A stretch of 64,000 nucleotides of DNA from Planctomycetota bacterium (GTDB lineage Bacteria; Planctomycetota; UBA1135; GCA-002748355). The DNA is taken from the NCBI GenBank assembly GCA_011321845.1, contig DROQ01000081.1, positions 3,237-67,236 on the forward strand. The letters are read 5' to 3'. Under the pieces are notes generated by a model, which saw nothing but the letters and a program-made list of their open reading frames with translations, made no database searches and had not been told where the DNA came from. Below are positions 35,210-44,576 of the stretch, piece by piece (the first letter of the stretch is position 1; every line of letters starts with the position of its first letter). The position numbers and the translations under genes are program-made.

Positions 35210-37012
35210 TCACATGTCCATTTGAACCGTGAGGGGGAGTGGGCGGCCGAGCACCCCTCTCTCCCGGTGGGACTTGCTGGCGGGATCGTTCATGTCCTCC
35301 TTTTGTCCGGGGGCGGTGTTTCCCGAGACCAGGAGGTCGTAATTCCCTGAGCCTTCGAAGCACCATAGGGAAAACTCGCCCTTGGGACCGGTCTTGGTCT
35401 GACGGGGAAACTTCTTGGCGGGGAAGAGTTCTTCCCAGATGGTTTCCAGGACCAGGTCACTCCACCTTGTACTCATGCCTTGCTGCCCGTCGGCCGAGCC
35501 CGCGACGAGCCTGATCTCCCGGTCGACCACCGGGAGGTTCCCCGGATCCACGACGACCCCATAGATTCTCTTGGGGGGGGAGAGGATCAGGCTGATGTTG
35601 TAATCGGTGGGTTGCTTGTCGTTACGAAGGACCTGGAGGACCTTGCGGGCGAAGCCCATCTTTTTGGAGATGGAGAGGATCATATAGGTCCCCTCGGGGA
35701 GGGAGGGGCTGTTCCAGATGCCGTTCTCTCCTTTCGCCAGCTTGACGTAGGCATCGGGGAGCCCGGACTCCTTGGGGCCATAGGCCCGGATCTCGAGGTC
35801 GAAGTCACCGGATTCCCGGGGAGCCTTGACGCGGACGTGGACTCTCCCTCCATCCACGTTGAGGGTGCCCAGGTTGACTGTGGTGCCCTCCTGGGAGGCG
35901 GGGACATCCAGGATGGGGCAGACCTCTCCGCTGGGGAGGATGGCCATGACCTCGTAGTAGGTATGGGGGTCGAGGAGGCTGCAGTCGATCTTGCCTTCCG
36001 CGTCTGTGGTGAGAAGAGTCGTAAAGTCGCCAAAGGAGATTCCGGAGGGGTGCATGCGCCCACGGAAGAAGATCTGGATGCCGCTGACGGGTTTCTTGTT
36101 GCGGTCGATGAACCTCCCCTGGACCCGGCGCCCGGGGCGGAGTTGGAGATGGATCTGGGGAGCGGGATCACGAGGGGAGAGCCCGGGCTCCAGGTCGATC
36201 AGGGCCTTGGGAAAGCCCTTGCCCTCCACCAGGAGGGTCGCTCCAGGCCCGTACTCGAGCCCGTCCAGGATGAAGTTGCCGTTCAGGTCGGACATGGTCT
36301 GGCTGTGCAGAGCCGCTCCGAGGACCTCGATCCGGGCGGCTGGAACCGGTTTTCCATAGGTCCCGCCGGACTTGACTTCCCCTTTGAGCTGGATTCCCCG
36401 GACAAGCGGGATCCTGGCGGGGGCGGCTCCCGGCTTGAGGGAGAAAGGTTTCCGCATCCGAAGAGGGCCTCCCGCAAGCTGGATGTCCCAGTTTCCCGGG
36501 GGGACATTGGCGATCTCGAAGGAGCCCGTCTCATCGCTGATCCCTTGGAACCGGTAGGGGACCCCCTCTGGGGCCAGGGGATAGCGAGTGGCGTAGAAGG
36601 CCAGCTTGGTTTTGGGCGCTTTGCCACGGTAGACAAAGCTCCCTTTGAGGGACTTGGCCGGTTTCAACTCGATGCGCAGGTTGTTGTCCGGGGGGGAAAC
36701 AAGGTCCTGGATACGGCTGACGCTGTTTCCGTTCCTTGCCAGGACGGAGTAGAGGCGACCCGGGGGGACCTGGAGATGGAACCTTCCACCGGGGTCGGTC
36801 TTGACCGTCCTTGTCACCGTTTTGATGGACGAGAAGGAGATGCCCCCGTAGCTGGGGAGGGCTCGGTTCCGAACCAGGACTTCGGCTCCCGGGACTGGTT
36901 TCCCGTTCTCGAGGACGACCCCGGAGAGGGAAAAGGCGGCCAGGTCCTTGGGGGTTCTCCCCGGAGCTTGGGGAGAGAGGAGGACAAGGAGAAGGGGGAG
37001 ACTTGTTAGCAT
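35210..37012 (-). CDS. Secreted multi-domain protein with carboxypeptidase-regulatory-like (CarboxypepD_reg) beta-sandwich repeats
   Basis: Signal peptide MLTSLPLLLVLLSPQAPG. Several units of the type G-V/R-V-x-x-x-G-K-P-V-x-G-A-x-V/I...D-x-x-G-x-F (GVVLENGKPVPGAEVLV...DPGGRFHL; GRFIDRNKKPVSGIQIFF...DAEGKI). Confidence 0.6.
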   Translation of the reverse strand: MLTSLPLLLVLLSPQAPGRTPKDLAAFSLSGVVLENGKPVPGAEVLVRNRALPSYGGISFSSIKTVTRTVKTDPGGRFHLQVPPGRLYSVLARNGNSVSRIQDLVSPPDNNLRIELKPAKSLKGSFVYRGKAPKTKLAFYATRYPLAPEGVPYRFQGISDETGSFEIANVPPGNWDIQLAGGPLRMRKPFSLKPGAAPARIPLVRGIQLKGEVKSGGTYGKPVPAARIEVLGAALHSQTMSDLNGNFILDGLEYGPGATLLVEGKGFPKALIDLEPGLSPRDPAPQIHLQLRPGRRVQGRFIDRNKKPVSGIQIFFRGRMHPSGISFGDFTTLLTTDAEGKIDCSLLDPHTYYEVMAILPSGEVCPILDVPASQEGTTVNLGTLNVDGGRVHVRVKAPRESGDFDLEIRAYGPKESGLPDAYVKLAKGENGIWNSPSLPEGTYMILSISKKMGFARKVLQVLRNDKQPTDYNISLILSPPKRIYGVVVDPGNLPVVDREIRLVAGSADGQQGMSTRWSDLVLETIWEELFPAKKFPRQTKTGPKGEFSLWCFEGSGNYDLLVSGNTAPGQKEDMNDPASKSHRERGVLGRPLPLTVQMDM

Positions 37013-37327
37013 GATGCACTTTCCGACTGAGACTGAGGCTCAAGGGCGCGAAACCCTGGGAAGAACTCCCCGGGAAGAGCCATTGGAACGAAATCGATAG
37101 AGAAAAACTCTAGCCCGGATCCAAGACGAACTCGAATTCTAGCCCGGATAATTCGGGGATCGGGTCGGATGATTCGAGGTCGTGACTCCTACGGGTTGCC
37201 CGGAACATCCATGAGATCGGATTGGTATGGGTCCCATGGCCGGTCCAAGCTTTTTCCCCCGCATTCCAGCGCGGAGAGTCGAGTTTCGCTTTCTTCCCCA
37301 TCGGCAGATTGGTTAGGATCCCTTCCC

Positions 37328-38476
37328 ATGGACATGGAAAGGATTCCGCTCCCGATCCTTGTTGCGGACGAGGAGAGCCTCGACCGTTTGCTGGTCTGTG
37401 TGGATGCTTGCGACCGAATCGCGGTGGACACCGAAGCCAATCCCATGCACTCCTATCGGGAGGAGGTCTGCCTGATCCAGGTCACGGCCGCCGGCAAGGA
37501 TTTTTTGGTGGACCCTCTTTCGGACTTGGATCTCGAGCCGCTCTTCGAAGAGTTCGAAGACCCGAAACTCACCAAGGTCTTTCATGACGCAGGCTACGAC
37601 TTGATCATGCTTCGCCGGGATTTCGATGTTCAGCTCCGAGGTCTGGCGGATACCCGGGTCCTCGCTTTGACCCTGGGGGAGGAGGCGACAGGGTTGGCCG
37701 CCTTGGTCGAGTCCCGCCTGGGAGTCAAACTGGACAAGGGCCAGACCCTCAGCAATTGGGGGAGCCGCCCTCTCAGCGAATCCCAGATGCGCTACGCCCA
37801 GATGGATACTCATTTTCTTCTGGATCTCCTGGACTGCCTGGAAGGGGAGCTGGAGGAGCGGGATGAGCTGGCAAAACTCGAAGTTGAGAGCGAACTCCGG
37901 CGGATTCAGAACGAGACCGGGGATCCAACCCATAAAACCCCCGAGACGGATTGGGCCAAGATCAAGGGTGCCCATCGACTGGATGGAAAGGGGAGGAGGC
38001 GCCTTCGGGAGCTCTACCTCTGGAGGGAGGGAGTGGCCGAGAAGCGCAACGTCCCCCCCTTCAAGGTGATCGGAAACAAGGAGTTGCTCTTCCTCGCCAG
38101 GACTCCTCCCCGAAACGAGCAAGAAATGCGTGGCAAGGGGAGGCTCCCCGACAAATTGGCCAACCGTTATGGCAAGGCCATCTTCGAAGTTCTTGGGGAG
38201 GCTTCCAAGATGGAGGACATCCCGCCCAAAAAACGTGTCCGGCAACCCGAAGAGTTTCGAAGGGCCATGGAGGTTCTCAAAGCCTGGCGCAAGCAAAAGG
38301 CCGGGCAGCGGGGAACGGATCCCTCCCATATCCTCAATCGCAAGGTCCTCGAGGAATTGGCAAATCTCCATCCCTACCCCAAGACCCTGGACGAACTCAG
38401 AGATTCGGGCATCCTCGAGGGTTGGAAGTGCGATGCCTACGGGGAAGAGATCCTCAAGGCTTTCCAGAGAGCGTAG
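37328..38476 (+). CDS. rnd: Ribonuclease D (DEDD 3'-5' exonuclease + HRDC)
   Basis: Start at ATG 37328. Exo motifs IAVDTEAN (DxE), KVFHDAGYDL, and YAQMDTHFLL. A C-terminal HRDC-like region (RRLRELYLWREGVAEKRNVPPFKV). Confidence 0.85.
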   Translation: MDMERIPLPILVADEESLDRLLVCVDACDRIAVDTEANPMHSYREEVCLIQVTAAGKDFLVDPLSDLDLEPLFEEFEDPKLTKVFHDAGYDLIMLRRDFDVQLRGLADTRVLALTLGEEATGLAALVESRLGVKLDKGQTLSNWGSRPLSESQMRYAQMDTHFLLDLLDCLEGELEERDELAKLEVESELRRIQNETGDPTHKTPETDWAKIKGAHRLDGKGRRRLRELYLWREGVAEKRNVPPFKVIGNKELLFLARTPPRNEQEMRGKGRLPDKLANRYGKAIFEVLGEASKMEDIPPKKRVRQPEEFRRAMEVLKAWRKQKAGQRGTDPSHILNRKVLEELANLHPYPKTLDELRDSGILEGWKCDAYGEEILKAFQRA

Positions 38477-38537
38477 TCCGCATGGTTCTTTTTCCTCTCA
38501 TGCGGGTTGCTGGTGCTGGTCCGACAGGAGGTTGCCG

Positions 38538-39578
38538 ATGAAGTCCGTCAAAGAGATCGTGGTCGCCTCCTTGCTTCTTGGTCTGTCCTCCCTGCATTCC
38601 CAGGGAGTGGCTCCGGGGAGCGAGGCCTTCGACAAGTACTGGCGCCAGGGGAAGGCGGAGTTGAACCGCTTCAAGCTGAGCCAGAACCGGTACGGCGAAA
38701 CCCGGGAGGGGGACGCAGTCCTCATTTTCGTGGTCGAAGACTTCCTCCCTGGCAAGCAGGTCAAGTACGAAGGCCGGGATCCCCGAGGGGCTGGGGCCGT
38801 CCCCGTTCTCAAGCTGAATCAGCTCCGGAAGTTCCAGACCGGAATCTATGACTACTCCATGATGCTCAGCGTTTTCAGCCCCCTGGACCTCGTGAGCAGG
38901 CACCTCACCCTCAAAGCGAGCGCTTCCGTCCAGGACTGGTGCGGCCATGTCTGGCAGCAGGTCAACCTGAGGAAGAATGGCTACGAGGTCCAGCTCCACT
39001 CCTACTTCCAGAAGGAGGCCGACAAGAGGAGCCTCGTTCCCAAGGCCTTCCTCGTGGACGAGGTCTGGACTCGGATCCGCCTGGATCCCAGGTCCCTGCC
39101 TACCGGAGGATTCGATGTTCTCCCCTCTCTTTTCCAGGCCCGCCTCTTGCATCTCCCCCTGAAGCCGGCAAAAGCCCTGGGAAAGCGGACGGATCTCTTT
39201 GATGGGATGTCGAGCTACGAGCTGCGGATTCCCTCCCAGGGGCGCAGCCTGAAGATCACCTACGAGACCCAGTTCCCTCATCGGATCGACTCCTTCTTCG
39301 AACGCTGGAAGGGGAAGGACGGCAAGGTCCATGAGACCAAGGGTGTTCGGACGCATTTGGTCCTCCTGGACTATTGGACCAGGCACGGGAAAAAGGATAA
39401 CCCCCTCCGGCGCAGGCTCGGGCTCGATGTCGAGCGGGGTTCAAAATCCGGCCCCAAAGAAAAGGGATCTGGAATAGGGGGAGCTGGAGGAAAGGGATCT
39501 GGTGGCAGGGGAGCGGGGTCCAATAAAGACGGGAACAAGGGAACCCCGGGCCAGGGAGCCGAGGGAAAAAAGGGTTGA
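38538..39578 (+). CDS. Secreted conserved hypothetical protein with Gly/Lys-rich tail
   Basis: ATG 38538, signal peptide MKSVKEIVVASLLLGLSSLHSQG. The YWRQGKAELNRFKLSQNRYGETREGDAVLIFV and QDWCGH blocks resemble an uncharacterised family I recall from Bacteroidota, but I could not verify this. The C-terminal ~45 aa are low-complexity G/K/S. Confidence 0.6.
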   Translation: MKSVKEIVVASLLLGLSSLHSQGVAPGSEAFDKYWRQGKAELNRFKLSQNRYGETREGDAVLIFVVEDFLPGKQVKYEGRDPRGAGAVPVLKLNQLRKFQTGIYDYSMMLSVFSPLDLVSRHLTLKASASVQDWCGHVWQQVNLRKNGYEVQLHSYFQKEADKRSLVPKAFLVDEVWTRIRLDPRSLPTGGFDVLPSLFQARLLHLPLKPAKALGKRTDLFDGMSSYELRIPSQGRSLKITYETQFPHRIDSFFERWKGKDGKVHETKGVRTHLVLLDYWTRHGKKDNPLRRRLGLDVERGSKSGPKEKGSGIGGAGGKGSGGRGAGSNKDGNKGTPGQGAEGKKG

Positions 39579-39760
39579 TGTCGGCACACAAGGAACAGGA
39601 AAGCCCGGGCGCGGTTCCCCCCGTCCAGCCCCAGGAGCCAGAAAAGAGGCACCGTTTCCTCCGCTATCTGGTGATCTTCTTCGTCATTCTTTTCGTTGTG
39701 ATCCCCGCCTTGATCGGCTTCATCGGCTTCTTCAGTCTCCCTTTCATCCCCAAGAAATGA
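39578..39760 (+). CDS. Small membrane protein (~60 aa)
   Basis: The ATG overlaps the preceding stop (TGATG). Pro/Glu-rich N-terminus, then one long hydrophobic stretch LRYLVIFFVILFVVIPALIGFIGFF. Confidence 0.4.
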   Translation: MSAHKEQESPGAVPPVQPQEPEKRHRFLRYLVIFFVILFVVIPALIGFIGFFSLPFIPKK

Positions 39761-40179
39761 AGCCGCTTTCTTTCTCTTTGGCCTAGGCTCCTCGCGAACC
39801 GACTTTTCCAGGCAGGTTACTAAGGGCAGAAGATTCCCTTCGAGAGACATACCAGAAAACCGCACCTCGTTCAGACTTTTCGAACAGGTTACTGTGAGAG
39901 CCGGGATCCGGTTTGGGAGAGCTTCTCGTGAGCAGAGATTCCAAGAGCTACAAGATCCGGAAATACTTGGGGAGCAGTGCTGTCCAAGATCATCCGGCTC
40001 TCTTCTCAAAACCTCTTCCATTCCCGCTGAAACCTGCATCCTAAGCCCAAAACCCGACCTTTCGAAATCAGGTCCCCCTTGTCTACTTTCCAGGTATTTG
40101 GTTTTGAGGCTTACGTTTGGAAGATTTTGGAAAAGCTAACTTGGACAGTCCTGCTTGGGGAGGGACTCTGCTTGGACTC

Positions 40180-40797
40180 CTAGTTCCTCGTGAGTAGGTT
40201 CTCCAGGAGTTGCAAGCGTCGCAAGACCTCCGGCTCGGCGAAGATGTTTTGCTTTTCCTGAAAACCCAGGGGAGCGCCGAGCATGATCCGATCGATCAGG
40301 CCCGCGGGATCCAGAGAGCGAAGCTTGGGGATTTCACTCTCCTCGATGGCCTGGAATCTGAGGAGGAGTTTCTCGATGCGGGGAAAGAGATTCTCTTCGG
40401 CGGGAATGTCCGGCAGTTCCCTGGCTCGAACCATCCGGAAGGGCTGCAGGCTGGGCAATTCCTCCAGGATTTCCATCCTGGCCACCCCTTCCAAGACGAT
40501 GTCCAGGGTTCCATCCCGGTTCTCCTGCAGCTTGACGAGGCGACCCAGGCCGAGGATGGGGTGGATGGGCGGGGCCCATTCCTCGGCCACCGAGCGACCC
40601 TCCAGAGGCAGGGCCATCCCGATGTGTCGGCCCTCCTCCCGGACGTGGGCGAGCATCTTGAGGTAGCGCTCCTCGAAGATGTGCAGCGGCAAGAGGATTC
40701 CGCGGGGGAGGATGACGCGGTCCAGGGGGAAGACCGGAAAGGTGGTCGGCAAGGCTTCGGACAAGGACAGCTCCAGGAATCGGTCCAGCAAATCCAT
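40180..40797 (-). CDS. LON substrate-binding (Lon N-terminal) domain protein
   Basis: FPVFPLDRVILPRGILLPLHIFEERYLKM matches the Lon N-domain signature. About 205 aa, stand-alone, with no AAA+ or protease part. Confidence 0.8.
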   Translation of the reverse strand: MDLLDRFLELSLSEALPTTFPVFPLDRVILPRGILLPLHIFEERYLKMLAHVREEGRHIGMALPLEGRSVAEEWAPPIHPILGLGRLVKLQENRDGTLDIVLEGVARMEILEELPSLQPFRMVRARELPDIPAEENLFPRIEKLLLRFQAIEESEIPKLRSLDPAGLIDRIMLGAPLGFQEKQNIFAEPEVLRRLQLLENLLTRN

Positions 40798-40852
40798 TCA
40801 ATCGGGTTCCGGGCTCCTGTAGGATCTTTCCCCCGACAAAACCGGAGGCTAC

Positions 40853-42031
40853 ATGACTGAAGTCGTCATCACAAACGCTCTGAGAACCCCCATCGGCAAG
40901 TTCCTCGGGGATCTTTCCAGCCTGAAGGCGGTGGACCTCGGAGTGGATATTGTCCGGGCCCTTCTCGAAGAATCCAAGCTCGACCCCGCCGAAGTGGACG
41001 AAGTCCTCATGGGCCAGGGGAGGCAGCTCGGATCTGGCCCCAACCCCGGGAGGCAGGTCAGCATCGGGGCGGGGATCCCCCACTCGGTTCCTGCCATGAC
41101 CCTCAACAAGGCCTGCGGGAGCAGTCTCAAGGCCATCAGCCAAGGCCGTGACTCCATCCTCCTCGGGAATGCCAAGATCATCATCGCCGGGGGCATGGAA
41201 TCCATGTCCACGATCCCCTTCCTCCTCCCGGGGATGCGCCAGGGCTATCGCCTCGGGCACAGGAAGGCCCTGGACGGGAACTACGAGGATGGATTCAACT
41301 GTCCCCTCGTCGGGGCTCCGATGGGCCTCACCGCAGAGTTCCTCGCGGACCGCTACGAGATCTCGCGGGAGGAACAGGACGCTTACGCCCTGCAGAGCTT
41401 CCACAAGCTCCAGGCCGCCGAGGAAGCAGGGAAGTTGTTCGATGAACGGGTTCCCGTGGAGGTCAAGGGCCGAAAGGGAGAGGTGAAGCTGGTCGAGACC
41501 GACGGGCACGCGCGCAAAGATCTCAAGATGGAGGACCTGGCCAAGCTCAGGCCGGTGTTCCGGGAGAATGGCACGGTCCACGCGGGAAACTCTTCGGGGA
41601 TCACCGATGGAGCCTCCGCCGTCCTGATGATGACCCGTGAAGAGGCCGAAAAGCGGGGGCTGGAGATCCTGGCCCGGGTGGGACCGGCCAAGGTGGCCGG
41701 GGTGGATCCCAGGTACATGGGGATCGGCCCGGTGCCGGCCGTCCGCAAGCTCTGCGCCCAGCTCGAGAAGACGGTGGACGACTTCGACCTCATCGAACTC
41801 AACGAGGCCTTCGCCGCCCAGGTCATCGCCTGCGACCGGGAGCTGCATCTCCCCATGGAGCGGGTGAACGTGAACGGGGGGGCGATTGCTCTGGGGCATC
41901 CCATCGGAGCGACCGGGGCGCGGATCGTGGCGACCCTCCTCCACGAGATGAAGCGGCGGGACGCCAAGCTGGGCATGGCCACCCTCTGCATGTCCGGGGG
42001 GATGGGGATGGCGGTCGCCTTCGAGCGCTAG
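40853..42031 (+). CDS. Acetyl-CoA C-acetyltransferase (thiolase II)
   Basis: Active-site Cys region TLNKACGSSLKAI, a C-terminal NVNGGAIALGHPIGATGAR and a CxSGGMG-type end. 392 aa. Confidence 0.92.
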   Translation: MTEVVITNALRTPIGKFLGDLSSLKAVDLGVDIVRALLEESKLDPAEVDEVLMGQGRQLGSGPNPGRQVSIGAGIPHSVPAMTLNKACGSSLKAISQGRDSILLGNAKIIIAGGMESMSTIPFLLPGMRQGYRLGHRKALDGNYEDGFNCPLVGAPMGLTAEFLADRYEISREEQDAYALQSFHKLQAAEEAGKLFDERVPVEVKGRKGEVKLVETDGHARKDLKMEDLAKLRPVFRENGTVHAGNSSGITDGASAVLMMTREEAEKRGLEILARVGPAKVAGVDPRYMGIGPVPAVRKLCAQLEKTVDDFDLIELNEAFAAQVIACDRELHLPMERVNVNGGAIALGHPIGATGARIVATLLHEMKRRDAKLGMATLCMSGGMGMAVAFER

Positions 42032-42118
42032 GCAGCGGGGCCTTGGACCTCATTCCCTGAAAAAGCCCTGCCGGCATGATCCGCGGTCGCCTTCGGGCGC
42101 AAGGCGGCGGGGCCTTGG
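42011..42118 (+). repeat. 36-bp imperfect direct repeat duplicating the thiolase stop region
   Basis: GCGGTCGCCTTCGAGCGCTAGGCAGCGGGGCCTTGG (42011-42046) versus GCGGTCGCCTTCGGGCGCAAGGCGGCGGGGCCTTGG (42083-42118). 33 of 36 positions are identical and the period is 72 bp. Confidence 0.85.
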
Positions 42119-42127
42119 GGCTGGTCT

Positions 42128-42745
42128 TCAGCCCTTCTTCGCCGCCTTTTGGGGTTCCTTCTTTGTCGGAGTCTTCCTTTGGTTCTCTTTTTTGGGTGAG
42201 GCCTTCTTTTGGTTCTTCTCCACAAGGTTCTTGAGGGTTCCGAGGCTTGCCTTCAATTGGGTTTGAATCGATTTGCTGGCAAAAGCCCAGAATTGAAATC
42301 TTGCGAAGAGGTTGTTGCCAACGTTCAATTGATCGAGCCAGGTCACCCTGGTTTTTCCCTCCTTGCCGGGAGTCAAGATGAGGGCGCCGTAGGCCTTGGC
42401 TCCGTTGTCCGCGGTAAGGATGTATTCGATGCTCTTGTTCGGCTCCGCCTTGGTGATCTCGATGCTTCCACCCCTCTGCTTGGGATCCTTCCAGTGCATG
42501 ACCGCCCCCTCGCCTTGCTCGGGTCCGGAGTAGGTGAACTCGATCTTGTAGGCCCCTTTTCTTTGGTCTTTCCAAGGGGCCCAGAGACTCCAGTTTTTCA
42601 AGTTCGCTACATAGGGGTAGATCTTGGACGCGGGAGCGTGTACTTCGACACTCCCGCGGATCTTGACCTCGCTCGGAAGAAGGAAGAGCAGGCCGATGAT
42701 GATGGGGATGAGGATGGCGAAGGCGATCAGGAATTTTTTAAGCAT
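42128..42745 (-). CDS. Membrane-anchored SRPBCC (polyketide cyclase/START-like) family protein with Lys-rich tail
   Basis: N-terminal TM (FLIAFAILIPIIIGLLFLL), an SRPBCC-like YVANLKNWSLWAPW region, and a tail KNQKKASPKKENQRKTPTKKEPQKAAKKG. Confidence 0.6.
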   Translation of the reverse strand: MLKKFLIAFAILIPIIIGLLFLLPSEVKIRGSVEVHAPASKIYPYVANLKNWSLWAPWKDQRKGAYKIEFTYSGPEQGEGAVMHWKDPKQRGGSIEITKAEPNKSIEYILTADNGAKAYGALILTPGKEGKTRVTWLDQLNVGNNLFARFQFWAFASKSIQTQLKASLGTLKNLVEKNQKKASPKKENQRKTPTKKEPQKAAKKG

Positions 42746-42822
42746 CTAAGGACTCCCGGAGGCGGCTTTTTGGAAAAACGGAGAAGAAAGATAGCTTTGG
42801 AGGGGGCTCATTTCCGCCCAAT

Positions 42823-43581
42823 TCAGGCCTTTCCGATGTTTTTCCGCAGGGCCATGAGGAGATTGTGGCTGTCTTGGAGGGCGGTGGCGCTGTGGGCGAG
42901 CCGGTCCCTGAGATCTCGCATGGGGATCAGCAGGATGGGGCGGGGGGCGAGGAAGAGGTCTCCCTCGAGGAGTTCGAGGTCCACGGCGTGGAAGGGGGGG
43001 CAGGAGAGGAGGAGACCTTCGGGCTCGCGGGTGCGAAGATCCTCCTCGTCGACCGGGAGGCTGGCTTCGGCCCGGTCCTCGTAGATGTTGGTCGCGCCGC
43101 AGGCAGTGAGGAGGCTGTGTTCGTAGCTTGTCGAGCCGGCGGCGAGCCAGGGGTCCTTGGAGAGGAGGAGGGCGACACGCAGAGGGGGGAGGGTGGCGAT
43201 TTCGGCCTCGATGGCCAGCTCCTGGGCTTCGATGGCGAGGATGAGGGCTTGGGCCTGCTCGACGACGTCCAGGGTTTCTCCCAGCCTGCGAAGCGCCTCC
43301 TTGGAGGCGGCGAGGGAGGGAGCGGGCAGCTCCAGGACCTTGCAGCTCGCGGAGAGGCTCTCCAGGTCCTGGGCCTTGTTCCAGAGGGGGTCGGCGAGGC
43401 AGAGGTCGGGCTGGAGGGCGAGGATGGCTGGGATGTCCAGGGCTTCGGGAGTTCCGATTTCGGTCCGATCCCCGGGAGCCAGACCAAGGACGGTTCCGCT
43501 TGCGGCTCCTAGGCAGTCTTGGCTCAGGCCTAGAGCGTCGATGGTGGGGCCCAACGAGGGAGCCAGGCAGCAGAATCGCAT
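42823..43581 (-). CDS. Periplasmic-binding-protein fold (BtuF/TroA-like, cobalamin-binding-protein-like), no signal peptide
   Basis: N-terminus MRFCCLAPSLGPTIDALGL..., then LQPDLCLA and a long backbone-helix region. This matches the PBP type 2 / cobalamin-binding family. No signal peptide is seen. Confidence 0.55.
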   Translation of the reverse strand: MRFCCLAPSLGPTIDALGLSQDCLGAASGTVLGLAPGDRTEIGTPEALDIPAILALQPDLCLADPLWNKAQDLESLSASCKVLELPAPSLAASKEALRRLGETLDVVEQAQALILAIEAQELAIEAEIATLPPLRVALLLSKDPWLAAGSTSYEHSLLTACGATNIYEDRAEASLPVDEEDLRTREPEGLLLSCPPFHAVDLELLEGDLFLAPRPILLIPMRDLRDRLAHSATALQDSHNLLMALRKNIGKA

Positions 43582-43607
43582 ATGAATCTAAGGAATTCCT
43601 TGGAGGG

Positions 43608-44516
43608 TCAAATCAAGTTCTTCGAGGCCTCGCGGGGGTTTTCGAAATCCAAGGTTTCTTCGCGGACCGAGGTCCCGTCAAAGAACAGCTCGCTGATCCC
43701 TGTGATCCCCTTGGAGTTTGCTCTGAGGGAGAAACAGTGGTGCGTCTTTGGTTCTCTTCCTCTCTCTTGGAAGATGCGGGGGACTCTCGCAGTGTTCAGC
43801 ACAAAGGTGTCGAACATCCAGGCCGATTTCTTACGGATGGCCCCGCGAGGTTTTTGGCAACGATGGTGCATGTGCCCGGCGATGAGGAGGGGGATCTCGA
43901 AACCCTCCTCCTCGAGAAGGTCCATGGCCAGGCGGAGGTCGGCATCGCCCCAGTCGCCTCCGGGGTTCCCGAAATCCTTGCCGAAGATATCGGTGGATTT
44001 TTTCGAAAGGCCCTGGGGGCCGTTGTGGGCAAGGATCCAGAGGCGCCTGGTGGGAGCGCCGCGGGCGGCTTCCACGATTCTATGAGCGGATTCCTGCATG
44101 CTCTCGACGTCATAGAGGGCCTTGTAGACGGCTCTGCTTCGGAGCTTGGGGCCGCCCCAGGAAAAGGGCCGGGCTCCCACGATGGAGAGGTCGAGGGATG
44201 GGAGGTCGATGCGGCGGTAGGCGAGGTGGCGGTTGCCCAGCTTGCCCAGACAGGCGGCGAGGTCGGCTGTGACCCGATCTTCCCGGAAGCTACGCCAGGC
44301 GTCATGGTTCCCAAGGAGACCGAAGGTGGGGACCCTCGCCTCGAGGACCTTGTCTACCATGCGAGGATCCTCGTCTCCAAGATCGCCGACGAAGAGGCAG
44401 AGAAGGGGGTGACGGGTTTCGAGAAAGCGCCGGTCCACTTCGTCGAACTGGCCGTGCAGGTCCCCTAATACCAGGATTTCTACCGATCCGGAATCCACTC
44501 CCTTTCCCATGGTCAC
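43608..44516 (-). CDS. Calcineurin-like metallophosphoesterase
   Basis: Motifs LVLGDLHG, GDLGDE, GNHD and AGHMH, in the canonical order. Confidence 0.8.
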   Translation of the reverse strand: MTMGKGVDSGSVEILVLGDLHGQFDEVDRRFLETRHPLLCLFVGDLGDEDPRMVDKVLEARVPTFGLLGNHDAWRSFREDRVTADLAACLGKLGNRHLAYRRIDLPSLDLSIVGARPFSWGGPKLRSRAVYKALYDVESMQESAHRIVEAARGAPTRRLWILAHNGPQGLSKKSTDIFGKDFGNPGGDWGDADLRLAMDLLEEEGFEIPLLIAGHMHHRCQKPRGAIRKKSAWMFDTFVLNTARVPRIFQERGREPKTHHCFSLRANSKGITGISELFFDGTSVREETLDFENPREASKNLI

Positions 44517-44576
44517 TTTTTACCCCAGGGAGGGTGAAGAGCAAAGGCTGAGACTCGGGCTAATGACCCGAATGGC

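Noticed and set aside
37108-37149. Direct repeat TCTAGCCCGGAT x2 (30-bp spacing) in the divergent promoter region upstream of rnd, as an operator.
   Set aside because: It is only two short copies with no adjacent regulator gene. It could be a binding site, but the evidence is too thin to call a regulatory feature.
39894-40139. 81-aa ORF inside the AT-richer spacer, and likewise the 73-aa ORF 4189-4410 and the 63-aa ORF 37110-37301 in other spacers.
   Set aside because: They have no SD-like sequence, their composition is atypical for this genome's genes, and they show no recognisable motifs or TM/signal features. I treat them as non-coding unless expression data say otherwise.
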